DNA of 38,437 nucleotides from Octopus sinensis (lineage: Eukaryota), in contig NW_021832060.1 of the NCBI RefSeq assembly GCF_006345805.1, positions 1 to 38,437 on the forward strand, written 5' to 3'. Position 1 is the stretch's first letter. The number at the start of each line of letters is the position of its first letter. The notes beneath the pieces are model-generated. The model ran no database searches, had not been told where the DNA came from, and saw nothing but the letters and a program-made list of their open reading frames with translations. Positions 29,694-38,437 of the stretch are shown here, in pieces. The position numbers and the translations under genes are program-made.

Positions 29694-31166
29694 ATGTTTC
29701 TTTATTAGCCACACAGGGCTGCACACAGATAGAACAAATTACAAGGTAGAGCTTTTCATTTGAAGGTTTAAAAAAAAAAAGAAAGGGAAGGGGGAGTTTC
29801 GATCAAAAGGGATCGTAAAAGGAGAGAAAGAGGACAAAAAAAGGGGGGTTAAAAAAAAAAGGGGGAGAGGAAAAAAAAAAATTGATCAATAGTGATCGTT
29901 ATCACAGAAATGTCAATATTAAGTGTAAAGGGGAGGACAGGTGAGGTTTACCCGTGGAAAGAAAAGCCTACGGAAAAGACCACGGTAACCTCGGTCAATG
30001 GAGTCACACGTTATATTTCTTTTTTTTTTTTGCAAATAAGCAACTCTCTGTTTTCAATTTCTGGGTTCATAGGATCATGCTCAAGGTGGCTTCGTCATTC
30101 ATACGTGCCATTCTTGCTACATTCACCCATCTTTTTTTAAAACATTCGCTAGACAAAACTTGCCTCTCTACTCTCACTTTCCTTTTCAAGTGGTACTTGA
30201 AGAAGTTGATGAGAGATTGACCAGAGAGGAAAGTGTTTGTCTCCAATCCTTTCAGACGCGTCCACCAGATACATTCTTTCGCCATAGCCACAATGATGAT
30301 GAAAATAGCTCTTCCTTCCCGTTTGAAGGAGGGAGGCGTGACAATATTGACGATAGACTCAGCTGATAAACCGACTCGTCCCACACGTGACAGCAGTTGT
30401 TCGACATAAGCCCACAGGTCGGAAATTGTTGGACACTGCACGAGTGCGTGCAGAACGGTTTCGTCGCTCTGACCGCATCTCGGGCAGGTCGGCCCCGTGT
30501 TTCTCGAGCCGTGTCTGTAGAGCTTATCCCGAACGGGTAGCGCTTCTCGGTAGCACTGCCAGGCCAGGGATCTCTGGAAGTTGTCCATGGGCCCTGGCCC
30601 GAAAGTCGTCCTGAACAGGCGGGTCAGGTACTCCTCGTCGACGTCCAGGTTCACCCCGAGCTCGTCGTCGTACCTCCCCTCCACTAAACCCCTATAGAAT
30701 GCTTTGGTTGTGTTGAAGTCACTCAAGGTCGACCCAGGACGGCAGAGTTGCTTGAGAGCAACGCGACACTCGCGGTGCCATTCGCCCTTCTTCGGCCTCT
30801 TTTTGATCCACGACTGCAGTTCGGTCATGGAGACGAGCTGCGGGAAAGCGTGCCTCACAAACGGCGACCACACCTGTTCACCGTCGTCTACATAGAGCCA
30901 GAGATGTCGCAGTCTCAGCGCGTGTCTGCGCATCATCAACCACGGCATGCCCAGCCCTCCTTTTAACGGGTGTTGTGACAGCAAATGGATCGCCTGACCA
31001 TCAGGACGCATCCTTTCCACAAGAAGCGAAAGAGAATGCGTTGTAGTTTGGTGATGGTAGGGTCGGGACAAGGTACGACGGTCAGGCGGTAGTAGATGAC
31101 GGACGCGATGTACGTGTTCGCCACCTCCGCCCGACCTTTTAGGGACAGTTTCCTCTCGGCCCATTG
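29694..31166 (-). mobile_element. Tx1/L1-clade LINE, 5'-truncated
   Basis: W..RKLSLKGR, KGGLGMP, zf-RVT-type CPRCGQSDETVLHALVQC; pyrimidine-rich 3' UTR ending aataaagaaacata at the microsatellite. Confidence 0.88.
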
Positions 31167-31316
31167 TTCTGCTATTAATTCCATTCCTAATTCATCCAGA
31201 CATATCCAAAAATTATCGTTCTATGAAAGATACACAGGATCGAACTCCGATCTCAGATTTTAAAAATATAAAAAAAAATTTGTCTTTTCACATTATTTGA
31301 AGAATTTTTCACTTAC

Positions 31317-31415
31317 TGCTATGACTGCCAAACCATCTTTTGGTTTTTTGGTACGTGTGAAATATTGGTTCAATTCCTTGGCCACATGTAATTTGTTATC
31401 TTTCGCAGTGTCATT
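31317..31415 (-). CDS. DCLK: DCLK-like kinase exon, C-terminal tail (NDTAKDNKLHVAKELNQYFTRTKKPKDGLAVIA)
   Basis: 99 bp, phase 0-0, acceptor ttttctcctaatttcctag, donor gtaagtga; resembles DCLK1 [27 protein letters not shown] (recalled). Confidence 0.82.
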
Positions 31416-31449
31416 CTAGGAAATTAGGAGAAAAGAAAATTATTATTTA

Positions 31450-33747
31450 CTAGCAGTATCGCCCGGCGTTGCTCGGGTTTGTAAGGGAAATAACCATATA
31501 AGCATTTTTAGAGAGTTATAGCCAAAAAATAGCAAGAAAATGCATTAAAAATGGGAAAAAATGATGGTAATGTTTTTAAAATCGTAGACTTATCGGAGTT
31601 GCGCGCTAATACCCAGAAGGGCTCGTTATGAAGTATCGCCCGGCGTTGCTCGGGTTTGTAAGGGAAATAACCATATAAGCATTTTTAGAGAGTTATAGCG
31701 AAAAATAGCAAGAAAATGCATTAAAAATGGGAAAAAATGATGGTAATTTTTTTTTTATCGTAGACATATCGTAGACGCGCGCTAATACCCAGAAGGGCTC
31801 GTTATGAAGTATAGCGAGGCGTTGCTCGGGTTTGTAAGGGAAATAACCATATAAGCATTTTTAGAGAGTTATAGCCAAAAATTTGCAAGAAAATGCATTA
31901 AAAATGGGAAAAAATGATGGTAATTTTTTAAAATCGTAGACTTATCGTAGACGCGCGCTAATACCCAGAAGGGCTCGTTATGAAGTATCGCCCGGCATTG
32001 CTCGGGTTTGTAAGGGAAGAAACCATATAAGCATTTTTAGAGAGTTATAGCCAAAAAATAGCAAGAAAATGCATTAAAAATGGGAAAAAATGATGGTAAT
32101 TTTTTTAAAATCGTAGACTTATCGTAGACGCGCGCTAATACCCAGAAGGGCTCGTTATGAAGTATCGCCCGGCGTTGCTCGGGTTTGTAAGGGAAATAAC
32201 CATATAAGCATTTTTAGAGAGTTATAGCCAAAAAATAGCAAGAAAAGCATTAAAAATGGGAAAAAATGATGGTAATGTTTTTAAAATCGTAGACTTATCG
32301 TAGTCGCGCGCTAATACCCAGAAGGGCTCGTTATGAAGTATCGCCCGGCGTTGCTCGGGTTTGTAAGGGAAATAACCATAAAAGCATTTTTAGAGAGTTA
32401 TAGCGAAAAAATAGCAAGAAAATGCATTAAAAATGGGGAAAAATGATGGTAAATGTTTTTTAAATCGTTGACTCATCGTAGACATTTTAAGAGAGTTATT
32501 TCCCTTGTATAATAATGAAAAAATGCATTAAAATGAAAAAAAATGATGGTAAATTGTTTTAAAAATCGTAGACTCATCGTAGACATTTTTAGAGAGTTAC
32601 TTCCCTTATATAATAACGAAAACATGAAATTAAAATGAAAAAAATAATGGTAAATTGTTTTAAAAATCGTAGACTCATCGCAGACGCGCGTTAATACCCA
32701 GAAGGGCTCGATATGAATCACGACTATAAGATACCCGCTTTTGGTTACACTGCACCGCAAAATGTGGGAGTAGTTAGGAATCTAAATCGTATGAGACAGA
32801 CAGCACACAACCTCACTTTTATATATAAAGAATAGCAGTATCGCCCGGCGTTGCTCGGGTTGTAAGGGAAATAACTATATAAGCATTTTTAGAGAGTTAT
32901 AGCCCAAAAATAGCAAAAAATGCATTAAAATGGGAAAAAATGATTGTAAATTTTTTAAATCGTAGACTCATCGTAGACACGCGCTAATACCCAGAAGGGC
33001 TCGATATGAATCACGACTATAAGATACCCGCTTTTGGTTACTCTGCACCGCAAAATGTGGGAGTAGTTAGGAATCTAAATCGTATGAGACAGACAGCACA
33101 CAACCTCACTTTTATATATAAAGACTAGCAGTATCGCCCGGCGTTGTTCGGATTTGTAAGGGAAATAACTATATAAGCATTTTTAGAGAGCTATAGCGAA
33201 AAAATAGCAAGAAAATGCATTAAAAATGGCGAAAAATTATGGTAATTTTTTTTAAATCGTAGACATCGTAGACGCGCGCTAATACCCAGAAGGGCTCGTT
33301 ATGAAGTATCGCCCGGCGTTGCTCGGGTTTGTAAGGGAAATAACTATATAAGCATTTTTAGAGAGTTATAGCGAAAAAATAGCAAGAAAATGCATTAAAA
33401 ATGGGAAAAAATTATGGTAATTTTTTTTTTAATCGTAGACGCGCGCTAATACCCAGACGGGCTCGATATGAATCACGACTATAAGATACCCGGTTTTGGT
33501 TAAATTGCACCGCAAAATGTGGGAGTAGTTAGGAATCTAAATCAGAGGAGACAGAGTCTGACACAACTTCATTTTTATATATAACTAGCAGTATCGCCCG
33601 GCGTTGCTCGGGTTTGTAAGGGAAATAACCATATAAGCATTTTTAGAGAGTTATAGCCAAAAAAATAGCAAAAAATGCATTAAAAATGGGAAAAAATGAT
33701 GGTAATTTTTTTTTCTTACATCGTAGATATATCGTAGACGCGCGCTA
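31450..33747 (-). mobile_element. Non-autonomous Helitron head-to-tail array with ~177 bp subrepeats
   Basis: Minus-strand 3' CTAG preceded by hairpin cccgagcaacgccggg, 5' TC end, CTAG|TC junction at 33124/33125 (degenerate at 32831, 33585); subrepeats at 31455, 31632, 31808, 31984, 32161, 32337, 33305. Confidence 0.78.
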
Positions 33748-33774
33748 TTCTCTCTCTCCCTCTCTCTCTCTCTT

Positions 33775-33834
<60 letters not shown>

Positions 33835-33847
33835 TCATTCTCTCTCC

Positions 33848-33878
<31 letters not shown>

Positions 33879-33961
33879 TCTCTTTAAGTCTCTCTTTCTC
33901 TCTCTTCTCTCTCTCTTTCTCTCTCCCTCTCCCTCTCTCTTTCTCTCTCTCATCTCTCTCC

Positions 33962-33992
<31 letters not shown>

Positions 33993-34468
33993 CCTCTCTC
34001 TCTCTCTCTCTTTCACTCTCTTATTCTCTATCCCTCTCTCTCTTTCTCTCCCTCTTTCTCTCTCCCTCCCTCTCTCTCTCTCTTTCTCCCTCCCTCTCTC
34101 TCTCTCTTTCTCTCATTCTCTCTCCCTCTCTCTCTTTCTCTCTTCCTCCCTCTCTCTCTCACTTTCTCTCTCACTTTCTCTCTCTTTCTCTCTCACTTTC
34201 TCTCTCTCTTTCTCTCTCTCCCTCTCTCCCTCTCTCTCTTTCTCTCCCTTTTTCTCTCTCTCTCTCTTCTCTCACCTTCTACTCTCTCTCTCTCTCTTTC
34301 TCTCTCCATCTCTCTCTCTTTCTCTCCTTTTTCTCTCTCTCTCTCTTCTCTCTCCTTCTCTCTCTCCCTTTTTCTCTCTCTCTCTCTTCTCTCTCTCTTC
34401 TCTCTCTCTCTCTTTCTCTCTCCCTCTCTCTCTCGCTTTCTCTCTCTCTTTCTCCCTCCCTCTCTCTT
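33748..34468. repeat. (CT)n-rich microsatellite
   Basis: Directly visible. Confidence 0.97.
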
Positions 34469-34511
34469 AACACAGAAAGCTGTATCTCAAAAAGGTTCTA
34501 AATAAACTCAC

Positions 34512-34575
34512 AGCAACCCAAGGATGGTCCAAAACCTCGGCAGCGGAGAACCTGAAGCATGTGTTCAATCAAGTC
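34512..34575 (-). CDS. DCLK: DCLK-like kinase exon, subdomain XI (DLIEHMLQV../RFSAAEVLDHPWVA), frameshifting deletion
   Basis: Acceptor tttttttttatacag, donor gtgagt; two frames match ELITMMLLV and RFSAVQVLEHPWVN of DCLK1; 64 bp versus 81 bp expected. Confidence 0.82.
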
Positions 34576-34611
34576 CTGTATAAAAAAAAAGAAAGAAAAT
34601 ATTTCAAATCA

Positions 34612-35465
34612 TTACGTTCTGAGTTCAAATTCCGCCGAGGTCGACTTTACCTTTCATCATTTCAGGGTCGATAAATAAAGTACCAGTTACGCACTGGGGT
34701 CGATATAATCGACTTAATCCGTTTGTCTGTCCTTGTATGTCCCCTCTATGTGTAGCCCCTTGTGGGTAGTAAAGAAATAGGTATTTCGTCTGCTGTTACG
34801 TCCTGAGTTCAAATTCCGCCGAGGTCGACTTTACCTTTCATCGTTTCAGGGTCGATAAATAAATTACCAGTTACGCACTGGGGTCGATAAAATCGACTTA
34901 ATCCGTTTGTCCCGTTTGTCTTCGGTGTTCCTTTTAGTAAAGAAATAGGTATTTCGTCTGCTGTTACGTCTGAGTTCAAATTCCGCAAAGGTGACTTTAC
35001 CCATCATTTCAGGGTCATAAATAAAGTAAATACGCAGGTCGATATAATCGACTAATCGTTTGTTGTCCTTGTTATCTTCTCGGTGTTAGCCCTTTGTGGG
35101 TAGTAAAGAAATAGGTATTCGTCTCTGTTACGTCCTGAGTTCAAATTCCGCCGGGTCGACTTTACTTTCATCATTTCAGGGTCGATAAATAAAGTACCAG
35201 TTACGCACTGGGGTCGATGTAATCGACTTAATCCGTTTGTCTGTCCCCTCTGTGTGTAGCCCCTTGTGGGTAGTAAAGAAATAGGTATTTCGTCTGTCGT
35301 TACATTCTGAGTTCAAATTCCGCCGAGGTCAACTTAGCCTTTCATCATTTCGTGGTCGATAAATAAAGTACCAGTCACGCACTGGAGTCAATATAATCGA
35401 ATTAATCCCTTTGTCTGTCCTTGTTTGTCCCCTCTATGTTTAGCCCTTGTGGGCAATAAAGAAAT
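34612..35465 (+). mobile_element. Five tandem 5'-truncated SINE units (~165-185 bp)
   Basis: Repeating ttacgt.ctgagttcaaattccgccgaggtcgactttacctttcatc...cttgtgggtagtaaagaaata (B-box-like gagttcaaattc). Confidence 0.85.
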
Positions 35466-35511
35466 ATACAATTATTACACATGGGATATTAATGTCTATC
35501 AAGTATACCTA

Positions 35512-35870
35512 GGCGTAGTATAGTCGTAGGAGTGGCTGTGTGGTAAGTAGCTTGCTTACCAACCACATAGTTCCGGGTTCAGTCCCAATGCGTGGCACCT
35601 TGGGCAAGTATATTCACCTAAAGCCTTGGGCTGAACAAAACCTTGTGAGTGGATTTGGTAGACGGAAACTGGAAGAAGCCCGCCGTATATATGTAATCGG
35701 GCGAAGGAGTGGCTGTGTGGTAAGTAGATTGCTTACCAACCACATGGTTCCGGGTTCAGTCCCACTGCGTGGCACCTTGGGCAAATATCTTCTACTAAAG
35801 CCTTGGGCTGAACAAAACCTTGTGAGTGGATTTGGTAGACGGAAACAGAAAGAAGCCCGTCGTATATATG

Positions 35871-35929
<59 letters not shown>

Positions 35930-36822
35930 TTGTGTGTGTGTATTTGTCCCCCCAACATAGCTTGACAACCGATGCTGGTGTGTTTACGTCCCCGTAACGT
36001 AGCGGTTCGGCAAAATAGACTGATAGAATAAGTACTGGGCTTACAAAAGAATAAGTCCCGGGGTCGAGTTTCTCGACTAAAGGCGGTGCTCCAGCATGGC
36101 CGCAGTCAAATGAATGAAACAAGTAAAAGAGTAAAAGAGTATATGTATATATATATATAAAGTCTTGTGAGTGGATTTGGTAGACAGAAACTGAAAGAAG
36201 CCCGTCGTATATATGTATATATGTATGTGTGAGTGTGTTTGTGTGTCCGTGTCTGTCTCCCTAGCATTGCCTGACAACCGATGCTGGTGTGTTTACGTCC
36301 CCGTCACCTAGCGGTTCGGCAAAAGAGACCGATAGAATCAGTATTGGGCTTACAAAGAATAAGTCCCGGGGTCGAGTTGCTCGATTAAAGTGGCGGTGCT
36401 CCAGCATGGCCGCAGTCAAATGACTGAAAGAAGTAAAATAAAATAACATATATATAGGCACAGGAGTGGCTGTGTGGCAAGTAGCTTGCTTACCAACCAC
36501 ATGGTTCCGGGTTCAGTCCCATTGGGTGGCATCTTGGCAAGTGTCCTCTGCTAGAGCCTCGAGCCGACCAATGCCTTGTGAGTGGATTTGGTAGACGGAA
36601 ACTGAAAGAAGCCTGTCGTATATATGGATATATATATAAGTGTGTGTGTCTGTGTTTGTCCCCCTAGCATTGCTTGACAACCGATGCTGGTGTGTTTACG
36701 TGCCCGTCACAAAAGAGACTGGGCTTACAAAGAATAAGTCCCGGGGTCGATTTGCTCGACTAAAAGGCGGTGCTCCAGCATTGCCGCAGTCAAATGACTG
36801 AAACAAGTAAAAGAGTAAAAGA

Positions 36823-36878
<56 letters not shown>

Positions 36879-37710
36879 CCTTGTGAGTGGATTTGGTAGA
36901 CGGAAACTGAAAGAAGCCCGTCGTATATATATATATGTGTAGGAGTGGCTGTGTGGTAAGTAGCTTGCTAACCAACCACATGGGTCCAGGTTCAGTCCAT
37001 GCGTGGCATCTTGGGCAAGTCTTATTCTGCTATAGCCCCGGGCCCGACCAATGACTTGTGAGTGGATTTGGTAGACGGAAACTGAAAGAAGCCTGCCGTA
37101 TATATGTATATATATATAAGCGTGTGTGTATATGTTTGTGTGTCTCTGTCCTTCTAGCATTGTTTGACAACCGATGCTGGTGTGTTTATGTCCCCGTCAC
37201 TTAGTGGTTCGGCAAAAGAGACCGATAGAATAAGTTCTGGGCTTACAAAGAATAAGTACCCGGGGTCGATTTGCTCGACTAAAAGGCGGTGCTCCAGCAT
37301 GGCCGCAGTAAAATGACTGAAACAAGTAAAATAAAATAACATATATATAGGCAAAGGAGTGGCTGTGTGGTAAGTAGCTTGCTTACCAACCACATGGTTC
37401 TCTGTTCAGTCCCACTGCGTGGCATATTGGGCAAATGTCTTCTGCTAGAGCCTCGGGCCAACCAATGCTTTGAGAGTGGATTTGGTAGACGGAAACTGAA
37501 AGAAGCCCGTCGTATATATGTATATATATATGTGGTGTCTTGTTGTCCCCTAGCATTGCTTGACAACCGATGCTGGTGTGTTTACGTGCCCGTCACAAAA
37601 GACACTGGGCTTACAAAGAATACGTCCCGGGGGTCGATTTGCTCGCTTAAAGGCGGTGCTCCAGCATGGCCGCAGTCAAATGACTGAAACAAGTAAAAGA
37701 GTAAAAGAGT
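35512..37710 (+). mobile_element. Tandem array of tRNA-headed CORE-like SINEs
   Basis: Heads ggagtggctgtgtggtaagtagc..gggttcagtccc at ~35528, 35706, 36462, 36942, 37356; CORE-like ggcaccttgggcaagt; tails ending (gtaaaaga)n. Confidence 0.88.
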
Positions 37711-38392
37711 ATATATATACATATATACACAAATATAAGAGGGTGACCACCATATGGTCGACTCTTGCGCTAAAAATAGATCCGCTATGGTATTAGCCAC
37801 TATATATATATATAGACTAAAGGCAGTGCTCCAGCATGGCCGCAGTCAAATGACTGAAACAAGTAAAAGAGTAAAAGAGTATATATATACATATATACAC
37901 AAATATAAGAGGGTGACCACCATATGGTCGACTCTTGCGCTAAAAATAGATCCGCTATGGTATTAGCCACTATATATATATATAGACTAAAGGCAGTGCT
38001 CCTGCATGGCCGCAGTCAAATGACTGAAATAAGTAAAAGAGTAAAAGAGTATATATATACATAAATACACAAATATAAGAGGGTGACCACCATATGGTCG
38101 ACTCTTGCGCTAAAAATAGATCCGCTATGGTATTAGCCACTATATATATATAGACTAAAGGCAGTGCTCCAGCATGGCCGCAGTCAAATGACTGAAACAA
38201 GTAAAAGAGTAAAAGAGTATATATATACATATATACACAAATATAAGAGGGTGACCACCATATGGTCGACTCTTGCGCTAAAAATAGATCCGCTATGGTA
38301 ATAGCCACTATATATATATATATATAGACTAAAAGCAGTGCTCCAGCATGGCCATAGTCAAATGACTGAAACAAGTAAAAGAGTAAAAGAGT
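37640..38392 (+). repeat. ~170 bp tandem repeat (SINE tail + 70 bp hairpin-rich spacer), four units
   Basis: gggtgaccaccatatggtcgactcttgcgc at 37741, 37911, 38081, 38249. Confidence 0.9.
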
Positions 38393-38421
38393 AGACGAGT
38401 ATGTGTATACGTGGGTCTTAC

Positions 38422-38437
38422 CTTCGCGGAACTCGAA
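38422..38437 (-). CDS. DCLK: DCLK-like kinase exon 3' end (..SSSAK), cut by the window edge
   Basis: tcg agt tcc gcg aag|gtaaga; phase-0 donor giving SAK|DLI, matching DSAK|ELI of DCLK1. Confidence 0.7.

Noticed and set aside
31167-31415. Initial reading as a death-domain protein
   Set aside because: The flanking exons identify a DCLK-type kinase tail instead.
33651-34501. ER-rich and LS-rich ORFs
   Set aside because: Artefact of the (CT)n tract.

Overview
AT-rich, repeat-saturated animal genomic DNA. The SINE families and microsatellite content point to an octopus or other coleoid cephalopod (inference). Most of the window is decayed retroelements: an R4/Dong-type RLE LINE, several CR1/L2-group fragments, a near full-length RTE, a BovB-like 3' end and a Tx1/L1 3' half. 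It also holds tandem SINE arrays, a head-to-tail Helitron array and long microsatellites. The ORF track misses four small minus-strand exons (38437-38422, 34575-34512, 31415-31317, 26467-26385) encoding the C-terminus of a doublecortin-like kinase (DCLK), with two apparent frameshifts. The most notable non-coding signal is four unrelated short Penelope-like/retrozyme-type repeats carrying type I hammerhead ribozyme motifs; three form back-to-back inverted structures. One family has a non-canonical GUGAACA core (G3-C8 swap) with covarying stem II, and another has a canonical hammerhead lying sense inside the DCLK intron. Other points: a LINE and SINE sharing a 3' stem-loop, two TTAGGG patches inside repeats, and an inverted LINE fragment trapped between inverted repeats. 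All calls were made by eye; no searches were run.
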